A stretch of DNA of 13,589 nt from Chlamydiota bacterium (lineage in GTDB: Bacteria > Auribacterota > JACPWU01), in contig JACPWU010000037.1 in NCBI GenBank assembly GCA_016196885.1, positions 1 to 13,589 on the forward strand, read 5' to 3'. Shown piece after piece: positions 7,540 to 13,589 of the stretch (its first letter is position 1; each line of letters starts with the position of its first letter). Under the pieces are notes generated by a model, which made no database searches, was not told the origin of the DNA, and was given only the letters and a program-made list of their open reading frames with translations. The position numbers and the translations under genes were made by a program.

Positions 7540-10500
7540 ATGTCAGAAATGGAATTGGAAAGAAAATCACCTTCAGGTTATGAAGAAGGTCCTTTGTTTA
7601 GCAAGATCTCCATTCGCCTTGCGTCACCGGACATCATTCGCGAGTGGTCTAAGGGGGAAGTGAAAAATCCCGAGACCATCAATTATCGAACCTTCAAGCC
7701 TGAAAAGGGTGGCCTTTTCTGCGAGAGAATTTTTGGACCCACAAAGGATTGGGAATGTAGCTGCGGGAAATACAAGCGCATCAAGCATAAGGGGGTGGTC
7801 TGCGACCGCTGCGGAGTAGAGGTGACACAGGCCCGCGTGCGCCGGGATAGAATGGGCCATATTGAGCTTGCAACCCCTGTCGCCCATATTTGGTTCTTTA
7901 AGGCGATGCCCAGCCGCATCGGTAATATTCTGGGGCTTCCGACCCGGATTCTAGAACGCGTGCTTTATTATGAAGATTATATTGTAACAGATCCTGGGAC
8001 GACGGCGCTTGAAGCCAAGCAGCTTCTCACAGAGTCAGAATATCGCCAGGCGCAGGAAACTTATGGAAAAGGCTTCACCGCGAAAATGGGGGCCGAGGCC
8101 ATTAAGGATCTTTTGAAGCGAGAGGATTTGAGCAAGCTCGCAGGGGAATTGAGGGCCGATCTTAAGAAAACAAAAAGTCAGCAGGCCAAAAAGAAATTTA
8201 GCAAGCGACTCAAAATTGTAGAGGGCTTTCGCAAATCTGGAAACAAGGCAGACTGGATGATTTTGGATGTGGTGCCTGTGATTCCGCCTGATTTGAGACC
8301 CCTCGTCCCCTTGGAAGGGGGCCGCTTTGCCACCTCTGATTTGAATGATCTTTATCGCCGAGTGATCAATCGCAACAATCGCTTGAAGACAATTTTGCAA
8401 TTAAAGACGCCGGATGTTATTGTGCGCAATGAAAAGCGCATGCTTCAAGAGGCCGTGGATGCCATTTTTGACAATGGCCGTCATGGGCGTCCCGTTTTGG
8501 GTTCTGGCAATCGGCCCTTGAAATCTCTGGCGGACATGTTGAAGGGCAAACAGGGCCGCTTCCGTCAAAATCTTTTAGGTAAGCGGGTGGATTATTCGGG
8601 CCGTGCGGTGATTGTGGTGGGTCCGGAGCTCAAGCTTCATCAATGCGGTTTGCCTAAGAAAATGGCCTTAGAACTTTTCGAGCCTTTTATCATTCGCCGC
8701 TTAAAGGAATTGGGGCATGTCCACACCATTCGCAGTGCGAAAAAACTCATCGAGGCAGGCGCTCCTGAGGTTTGGGATATTTTGGAAGGCGTTATTAAAG
8801 AACATCCGGTTCTTTTGAACCGTGCTCCTACGCTCCATCGTTTGGGGATACAGGGTTTCGAACCTCAATTGATCGAAGGAGAGGCGATTCGAATTCACCC
8901 CTTGGTGTGTACGGCCTTTAACGCAGATTTTGACGGCGACCAGATGGCGGTTCACGTGCCTTTGTCGGTCGAGGCGCAGTTGGAGACGAAGCTTCTCATG
9001 CTCTCCACGAACAATGTTTTTTCTCCTTCAAGTGGAAAACCTGTTTTGACCCCAACGCAGGACATTATTTTGGGCTGTTATTATCTGACCAAGAATCCTT
9101 CTGGGCCTCAGGGAAAGACCCTTCGTGCTTATTCAGATTCTGAAGAAGCGCTGTTGGCTTATTCAGAGGGCATTCTCAAAACCCATGACCGGATCAAGCT
9201 TCGCTTCAATGGCAAGATGATTGATACAACCGTAGGCCGTGTCATTTTCAATGATTGTTTTCCCAGAGAGCTTTGGTTTATGAATGATGAAGTGAATAAG
9301 AAAGCGCTCTCTAAGATTATTATCGAGTGTTATCGAAAGGTCGGTCATCAGCGCACGATTGAAGTCCTGGACCGTGTCAAACAATTGGGTTTCCATGAAG
9401 CCACGCGGGCCGGCATTTCCATTTCCATGGACGACATGATCGTCCCCGATGAGAAAGTGGAAATCATTCAAGGGGCCCAAAAAGAAGTAGAGCGTGTGGA
9501 AAAGCAATATCGGGCGGGTTCCATTACGGAAGGGGAACGTTATAATAAAATCGTAGACATTTGGACACATGCCACGGACAGCATTGCCGAGGCCTTGTTT
9601 AAAGGCCTGGAGGAGAATAAAGGCCGCGGCCTCAATCCCTTGTTCATCATGGTGGACTCAGGCTCTCGGGGTTCCAAACAGCAGATTCGTCAGCTCTCCG
9701 GCATGCGAGGTTTGATGGCGAAGCCTTCCGGTGAAATCATTGAAAGTCCCATCATCTCGAATTTTAAGGAAGGCTTGAGCGTGCTGGAATATTTCATTTC
9801 GACGCACGGTGCCCGCAAAGGATTGGCAGATACGGCTCTTAAAACCGCTGACTCTGGATACCTGACACGCCGTTTGGTAGACGTGGCGCAGGACGTCATT
9901 ATCACTGAAGTGGATTGTCGTACACTGAACGGCATTGAGGCCCGTCCCATTTTTGAAGGGGATGAAGAGGTGGTGACGTTGCGGGAGAGAATTGTTGGCC
10001 GTGTGTCGCTGGATGATCTTGTACATCCCGTTTCCAAAGAAGCGGTTGTTCATGCCGATGAAGAAATCAATGAGAAGGCTGCTGATCAAGTCGAAAAGCT
10101 CGGTTTTGAAAAGGTGAGAATTCGTTCTGTGTTGACTTGTGAATCTCTGCAAGGGGTGTGTGCAAAATGTTATGGCCGAAATCTGGCCACAGGTAAAATC
10201 GTAGACATTGGATGTGCGGCGGGTATCATTGCGGCTCAATCCATTGGAGAGCCTGGGACACAGCTCACCATGAGAACGTTTCATATCGGTGGTACGGCGA
10301 GTCAGGTGTTTAAGCAGCCCCAGATTGCGGCAAAAAATGATGGCATCATCCGTTACAGCGAGGCCAAGGTTGTTTTGAATAAAGAAGGGAATCATGTGGT
10401 TTTGAATAAGACCGGCGTCATCTCTATTTTCAATGAAGAGGGTCGCGAATTGGAAAAGCATACCCTCGTGGTCGGTTCCTTGATCAGCGTTCCACATGAG

Positions 10501-11619
10501 GGGAAGGTTAAAAAAGGAGAAATTTTTGTCCGTTGGGATCCTTACAACGTTCCTATTTTGACAGAGCAATCGGGTTTCGTCCGCTTTCACGACATCATCG
10601 AAGGGTCCACCATGAAGCGGGAGCTCGATCAATCCACGGGATTGATTGGAACCGTCATTGTGGAACACAAACAGGATTTGCATCCGCAAATTATTATCAC
10701 AGATAAGGAAGGCAAGGAAATTTACGGGTATTATTCTATTCCTGCCGGTGCCCACGTGGTGGTGGGCGAAGGGGATTATATTGAGGGTGGAAGTTTACTT
10801 GCGAAAACGCCCCGAAAAATTTCTAAGACCAAAGACATCACGGGAGGTCTTCCTCGTGTGGCTGAACTTTTCGAGGCCAGGCGCCCGAAGGATGCATCCG
10901 AGATTGCTAAAATAGACGGCGTGGTTGAATTCCGCGGCACTTTCAAAGGCAAGCGCCTTTTGATTGTCAAAGATGAATTAACGGGAATTGAGGAAGAGCA
11001 TCTCATCCCCCACAAGAAGCATTTAACGGTGTATAAAGGCGATCGCGTCAAGAAGGGACAGCAGTTGACAGAAGGTCCCATTGTGCCTCAAGAAATCCTG
11101 CAGGTTTGCGGACCCAAAGAACTTCAAGAATATTTGGTCAATCAAATTCAAGAGGTCTATCGTCTGCAAGGTGTGGAAATCAATGACAAGCACATTGAAA
11201 TCATCATCCGTCAAATGCTTAGGAAAGTGGTCATCACAGATCCCGGCGACACAGATTTTCTCTACAATGAACAAGTGGATAAAATCCGCTTCCGCCAGGA
11301 AAATGAGAAGGTGATGAAAAATGGGGGCAAACCGGCCGAGGCCTCACCCTCACTTTTGGGAATCACGAAGGCCTCTTTGAGCACCGAGAGCTTCATCTCT
11401 GCAGCTTCCTTTCAGGAAACGACGCGTGTTCTCACGGAAGCCGCTTCCGAGGGGAAAGTAGATCATTTAAGGGGCTTTAAGGAAAATGTCATCATGGGAC
11501 ATTTAATTCCGGGAGGAACGGGTTGTGATACTTATCAGGACATCAAGGTGACAAAGACCAAGGCCGAAGAGCTGCCTCTCTTGGAAAAAGAAGAGGCAGG
11601 GGAAATCTTAAAAAAGTAA
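7540..11619 (+). CDS. rpoC: DNA-directed RNA polymerase subunit beta'
   Basis: It has the zinc finger [23 protein letters not shown] and the catalytic motif [12 protein letters not shown]. The track opens the ORF at TTG 7510. I call ATG 7540 instead (1359 aa) because AAGGAG (7527-7532) sits 7 nt upstream. The 10 extra codons also fall in and just downstream of the right arm of stem-loop D. Confidence 0.97.
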   Translation: MSEMELERKSPSGYEEGPLFSKISIRLASPDIIREWSKGEVKNPETINYRTFKPEKGGLFCERIFGPTKDWECSCGKYKRIKHKGVVCDRCGVEVTQARVRRDRMGHIELATPVAHIWFFKAMPSRIGNILGLPTRILERVLYYEDYIVTDPGTTALEAKQLLTESEYRQAQETYGKGFTAKMGAEAIKDLLKREDLSKLAGELRADLKKTKSQQAKKKFSKRLKIVEGFRKSGNKADWMILDVVPVIPPDLRPLVPLEGGRFATSDLNDLYRRVINRNNRLKTILQLKTPDVIVRNEKRMLQEAVDAIFDNGRHGRPVLGSGNRPLKSLADMLKGKQGRFRQNLLGKRVDYSGRAVIVVGPELKLHQCGLPKKMALELFEPFIIRRLKELGHVHTIRSAKKLIEAGAPEVWDILEGVIKEHPVLLNRAPTLHRLGIQGFEPQLIEGEAIRIHPLVCTAFNADFDGDQMAVHVPLSVEAQLETKLLMLSTNNVFSPSSGKPVLTPTQDIILGCYYLTKNPSGPQGKTLRAYSDSEEALLAYSEGILKTHDRIKLRFNGKMIDTTVGRVIFNDCFPRELWFMNDEVNKKALSKIIIECYRKVGHQRTIEVLDRVKQLGFHEATRAGISISMDDMIVPDEKVEIIQGAQKEVERVEKQYRAGSITEGERYNKIVDIWTHATDSIAEALFKGLEENKGRGLNPLFIMVDSGSRGSKQQIRQLSGMRGLMAKPSGEIIESPIISNFKEGLSVLEYFISTHGARKGLADTALKTADSGYLTRRLVDVAQDVIITEVDCRTLNGIEARPIFEGDEEVVTLRERIVGRVSLDDLVHPVSKEAVVHADEEINEKAADQVEKLGFEKVRIRSVLTCESLQGVCAKCYGRNLATGKIVDIGCAAGIIAAQSIGEPGTQLTMRTFHIGGTASQVFKQPQIAAKNDGIIRYSEAKVVLNKEGNHVVLNKTGVISIFNEEGRELEKHTLVVGSLISVPHEGKVKKGEIFVRWDPYNVPILTEQSGFVRFHDIIEGSTMKRELDQSTGLIGTVIVEHKQDLHPQIIITDKEGKEIYGYYSIPAGAHVVVGEGDYIEGGSLLAKTPRKISKTKDITGGLPRVAELFEARRPKDASEIAKIDGVVEFRGTFKGKRLLIVKDELTGIEEEHLIPHKKHLTVYKGDRVKKGQQLTEGPIVPQEILQVCGPKELQEYLVNQIQEVYRLQGVEINDKHIEIIIRQMLRKVVITDPGDTDFLYNEQVDKIRFRQENEKVMKNGGKPAEASPSLLGITKASLSTESFISAASFQETTRVLTEAASEGKVDHLRGFKENVIMGHLIPGGTGCDTYQDIKVTKTKAEELPLLEKEEAGEILKK

Positions 11620-11660
11620 AAGGCATATACACTTGATTTCCCTCTAGGTAAGCGTTTTTG

Positions 11661-11750
11661 AAGAATTTGTAGTCGCCCCATTTATGGGGCTGTACCCCTC
11701 TTGGCCCTTGCTCCTTGCATGGATCTTCCTGATGAATCGGGCGACTACAA
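11661..11750. repeat. REPIN-like element, copy 1 (inverted pair of GTAG-headed palindromes)
   Basis: It has 12-bp perfect terminal inverted repeats, TTGTAGTCGCCC (11667-11678) and GGGCGACTACAA (11739-11750). The left unit is GTAG-TC-GCCCCATTTATGGGGC. The right unit read on the minus strand is GTAG-TC-GCCCGATTCATCAGGA (degenerate). Copy 1 shares 30 identical nt at the 5' end and 20 at the 3' end with copy 2. Confidence 0.7.
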
Positions 11751-11784
11751 GGGGAATCAGGTGCGTATGCCAAAAAGATTAAAG

Positions 11785-11813
11785 TTGCAAATTTTGCTTC
11801 GAGAATTTAGAAT
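11785..11813 (+). promoter_or_regulatory. Candidate sigma-70-type promoter for rpsL (TTGCAA-N17-TAGAAT)
   Basis: The -35-like hexamer TTGCAA is at 11785-11790, followed by an exact 17-nt spacer and the -10-like TAGAAT at 11808-11813. This is about 36 nt upstream of the rpsL ATG, with SD AGGAG at 11837-11841. The call rests on sequence pattern only. Confidence 0.4.
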
Positions 11814-11849
11814 CTGCGGGTTCTTATTTTGACAAGAGGAGAGTTTTGA

Positions 11850-12257
11850 ATGCCAACGATCAATCAATTGGTTCGAAAAGGGCGCAGAAAACCAGTGTAT
11901 CGCAGCAAGAGTCCTGCCTTGGCAGGTTCTCCGCAGCGTCGCGGTGTTTGCTTGATTGTGAAAACGATGACGCCGAAGAAACCGAATTCGGCCCTTCGTA
12001 AAATCGCACGCGTGCGTTTAACAAATGGTGAAGAGGTCACGGCGTATATCCCGGGGATTGGGCATAACCTTCAAGAGCATTCTATTGTGCTCGTCCGCGG
12101 AGGTCGCGTGAAGGATTTGCCTGGGATTCGTTATCATATTGTTCGGGGCACGTTGGATGCCCAGGGTGTTGCCAATCGGATGCAGGGAAGGAGCAAATAC
12201 GGGGCGAAGGTTCCGAAAGAAGGGGGAGCCGCCAAGAAAGAAGTTCCTAAAAAGTAA
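11850..12257 (+). CDS. rpsL: 30S ribosomal protein S12
   Basis: 135 aa, with [12 protein letters not shown]..., [11 protein letters not shown] and [19 protein letters not shown]. It has a short Lys-rich C-terminal tail. Confidence 0.98.
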   Translation: MPTINQLVRKGRRKPVYRSKSPALAGSPQRRGVCLIVKTMTPKKPNSALRKIARVRLTNGEEVTAYIPGIGHNLQEHSIVLVRGGRVKDLPGIRYHIVRGTLDAQGVANRMQGRSKYGAKVPKEGGAAKKEVPKK

Positions 12258-12259
12258 AG

Positions 12260-12283
12260 GTTCAAAGGTGTAAAGGTTCAATA
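12260..12283 (+). repeat. Octamer array 5: GTTCAAAG GTGTAAAG GTTCAATA
   Basis: Three 8-nt-phased units (one strict) starting 3 nt after the rpsL stop codon. Confidence 0.65.
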
Positions 12284-12294
12284 GGCATTGTGGC

Positions 12295-12376
12295 AAGAAT
12301 TTGTAGTCGCCCCATTTATGGGGCCGTGCCCCTTGCGCCTTGCATAAATATTGCCCGATGAATCGGGCGACTACAA
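12295..12376. repeat. REPIN-like element, copy 2
   Basis: The terminal inverted repeats are TTGTAGTCGCCC (12301-12312) and GGGCGACTACAA (12365-12376). Both internal 16-nt palindromes are intact: GCCCCATTTATGGGGC (12309-12324) and GCCCGATGAATCGGGC (12353-12368). The central spacer is 8 nt shorter than in copy 1 (28 versus 36 nt). Confidence 0.75.
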
Positions 12377-12383
12377 AAGCTTG

Positions 12384-12399
12384 GACTAAAGGTTCAAAG
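12384..12399 (+). repeat. Octamer array 6: GACTAAAG GTTCAAAG
   Basis: Two phased units (one strict) between REPIN-like copy 2 and rpsG. Confidence 0.5.
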
Positions 12400-12413
12400 G
12401 AAAAGATAGCACC

Positions 12414-12881
12414 ATGAGAAGAAGACAGGCGACGAAAAGAAAAATAGAGGCGGATATCCGCTACAACAGTACGGTGGTGGGCCGCTTTATCAGCACCATT
12501 TTGAAATGCGGCAAGAAAAGTTTGGCCGAGAGAATATTTTACAATGCCCTTGACAAGGCGGGTCAGAAATTAAATAAAAAGCCGATAGAGGTTTTAGATC
12601 AGGCCCTGAGTCACGTGAAGCCTGTTTTAGAGACCAAGTCCCGACGCGTCGGAGGTGCCACTTATCAAGTTCCTGTTGAAGTGAGCTACGAGCGCCAGGT
12701 TTCTCTTGCGGTTCGCTGGATTGTTCAATATGCAGGTGAGAGGAAGGGTGTCGCCATGGAAGACGCCTTGGTGCAAGAGTTGGTGGATGCAGTCAACAAC
12801 ACTGGCGCTGCCATTAAGAAGCGTGATGATACGCATAAAATGGCAGAGTCTAACAGGGCTTTTGCGCATTATAGGTGGTAA
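12414..12881 (+). CDS. rpsG: 30S ribosomal protein S7
   Basis: 155 aa, with [41 protein letters not shown] and a C-terminal AFAHYRW, all typical of S7. Confidence 0.97.
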   Translation: MRRRQATKRKIEADIRYNSTVVGRFISTILKCGKKSLAERIFYNALDKAGQKLNKKPIEVLDQALSHVKPVLETKSRRVGGATYQVPVEVSYERQVSLAVRWIVQYAGERKGVAMEDALVQELVDAVNNTGAAIKKRDDTHKMAESNRAFAHYRW

Positions 12882-12887
12882 GAGAAA

Positions 12888-12922
12888 GTTCAAAGGTTCA
12901 AAAGTTCAAAGGTTCAAAGGTT
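12888..12922 (+). repeat. Octamer array 7: GTTCAAAG GTTCAAAA GTTCAAAG GTTCAAAG GTT(ATGAA)
   Basis: Four strict units with exact 8-nt phase. The fifth in-phase unit, GTTATGAA, contains the rpmJ start codon. The array fills the whole 41-nt rpsG-rpmJ spacer. Confidence 0.85.
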
Positions 12923-13036
12923 ATGAAAGTTAGAGCGTCTGTGAAGAGAGTTTGTGCAAAATGCAAAATTGTTCGGCGCAAGCGCCGCATCTACGTCATT
13001 TGCTCAGAGCCGAGGCATAAGCAAAGACAAGGGTAA
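12923..13036 (+). CDS. rpmJ: 50S ribosomal protein L36
   Basis: Absent from the track because it is under 60 aa. It runs from ATG 12923 to TAA 13034-13036, 37 aa: [37 protein letters not shown]. This matches the L36 consensus ([11 protein letters not shown]...R.G...VIC..P+HKQRQG) with the Cys3-His zinc-binding pattern. Confidence 0.92.
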   Translation: MKVRASVKRVCAKCKIVRRKRRIYVICSEPRHKQRQG

Positions 13037-13106
13037 AATAACAAATTCGAAAACGCAAATCCAAAATTCTAGACGTTTCAATCTTTTTAGATAGGGGAAG
13101 TTTGTC

Positions 13107-13589
13107 GTGAGATCTCTCTCTGTTTTTTTTTCCTGTTTTGCTTTTTTGGGTCAAAGAATATTCTTTTGGTCTTTTTGCGTCACCAGTCTTGTGATATTCT
13201 CTTCCCCTTCCCTTTCCCAAGCACAAATCTCATCTAAAAAGGTCTCAGCCCGCACCCAGCTTCAAATCCAAAATCTAAGTGCCACCCCCAATCCGTATTC
13301 CCCTTCATTAGGCTCCATGGAAGTCACAGGTCAAATAGACATAGTCACATCCTTATACAGAGGAAAGAAAAGCGTATCCGCCCCTGGCCAACAAATCCAG
13401 TGGCTCGCCCGAATCTTAAACAGCGCATCTCAAGGGATACACTCCATGAAAGGGACAGGAGCGGCAATTGCTTGTAGCTGGGATGGGAGAGATGCAAATG
13501 GGGCCGTCGTCCCAGACGGGGCCTACACGGTTCAAGTACTCGCCCGAATGAAAGGGGCTAAATCAGACGAAGAAAACATCAACATCACA
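13107..13589 (+). CDS. Secreted protein with FlgD-Ig-like motif (3' end outside window)
   Basis: It has no stop in the window, so it is absent from the track. GTG 13107 is the first start after the in-frame TAG at 13092-13094, and AGGGGAAG lies 6 nt upstream. 161 codons stay open to the window end. The N-terminus is hydrophobic and ends in SLSQA-QI, which is signal-peptide-like. The later motif CSWDGRDANGAVVPDGAYTVQV resembles the WDG.D..G..V..G.Y signature of FlgD Ig-like domains. The start codon is uncertain; TTG 13146 is an alternative. Confidence 0.6.
   Translation, partial: MRSLSVFFSCFAFLGQRIFFWSFCVTSLVIFSSPSLSQAQISSKKVSARTQLQIQNLSATPNPYSPSLGSMEVTGQIDIVTSLYRGKKSVSAPGQQIQWLARILNSASQGIHSMKGTGAAIACSWDGRDANGAVVPDGAYTVQVLARMKGAKSDEENINIT

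Noticed and set aside
9658-10755. A 365-aa minus-strand ORF inside rpoC, long enough to look like a real antisense gene.
   Set aside because: Its codons are exactly aligned opposite the rpoC codons, so antisense stops arise only where the sense strand uses TTA, CTA or TCA. A stretch lacking those codons gives a long shadow ORF. The translation is compositionally odd and has no recognisable motif. I see no SD or promoter, and the sense frame is unambiguously beta'.
3618-11773. All other minus-strand ORFs (60-135 aa) within rpoB, rpoC and the flanking spacers.
   Set aside because: They are embedded antisense to strongly conserved coding sequence. They have no family resemblance and no initiation signals. 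These are typical shadow ORFs.
11829-11834. A perfect -35 hexamer TTGACA upstream of rpsL.
   Set aside because: It lies only 15 nt upstream of the ATG, so any -10 element would fall in the coding region. It overlaps the SD context and is unlikely to be functional for rpsL.
148-12922. A CRISPR interpretation of the octamer arrays or of the two REPIN-like copies.
   Set aside because: The octamer units are 8 nt with no spacers between them. The two REPIN-like copies are about 630 bp apart with a gene between them. Neither resembles a repeat-spacer array, and no cas genes are present.
13043-13090. A possible terminator after rpmJ (GAAAACG ... CGTTTC followed by AATCTTTTT).
   Set aside because: The stem is only about 5-6 AT-rich bp with a bulge and an 18-nt loop. 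That is too weak to call from sequence.
12706-13226. ORF 12706-12933 (+, 75 aa) and ORF 12996-13226 (-, 76 aa) from the track.
   Set aside because: The first is an out-of-frame read-through of rpsG across the octamer array. The second overlaps the 3' end of rpmJ and the signal-peptide region of the downstream gene on the opposite strand. The hand-read rpmJ and the FlgD-Ig-like ORF explain the region better.
13056-13274. The 12-mer CAAATCCAAAAT occurs twice (13056-13067 and 13263-13274) and resembles CAAAGTCCAAAAT in stem-loop D.
   Set aside because: A few exact 12-mer coincidences are expected by chance in a 13.6-kb AT-leaning window, and there is no extended similarity around them.
1-13589. 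A search for a novel protein-coding system such as defence, toxin-antitoxin, secretion or mobile element genes.
   Set aside because: Every substantial ORF is a recognisable universal housekeeping gene, apart from the partial secreted protein at the 3' edge. No unassigned coding space remains in the window.

Overview
This is a core housekeeping locus with every gene on the + strand. In order it holds the 3' end of tuf, rpmG, tRNA-Trp(CCA), secE, nusG, rplK, rplA, rplJ, rplL, rpoB, rpoC, rpsL, rpsG and rpmJ. It ends with the 5' part of a signal-peptide protein carrying a FlgD-Ig-like motif. rpmG, rpmJ and that last ORF are missing from the ORF track (two are under 60 aa, one has no stop in the window), so I read them by hand. 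I find no defence, toxin, transposase or other accessory protein-coding system. Every minus-strand or overlapping ORF in the track looks like a shadow of the large + strand genes. The unusual part is the roughly 1.2 kb of non-coding DNA, which is almost entirely built from three kinds of structured repeat. (1) Sense-oriented, exactly 8-nt-phased tandem arrays of GTTYAAAR sit in at least seven spacers, in two cases running in phase into a start codon. (2) Four long stem-loops are unrelated in sequence, but in each one the arms are tandem 7-nt (or 14-nt) units. They lie at rpmG/tRNA, rplJ/rplL, rplL/rpoB and rpoB/rpoC. (3) Two copies of a REPIN-like element (inverted pair of GTAG-headed palindromes) sit upstream of rpsL and upstream of rpsG. 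Gene order is also non-canonical after rpsG, where rpmJ stands in place of fusA. All functional readings of the non-coding elements are inference; none can be confirmed from this window alone.
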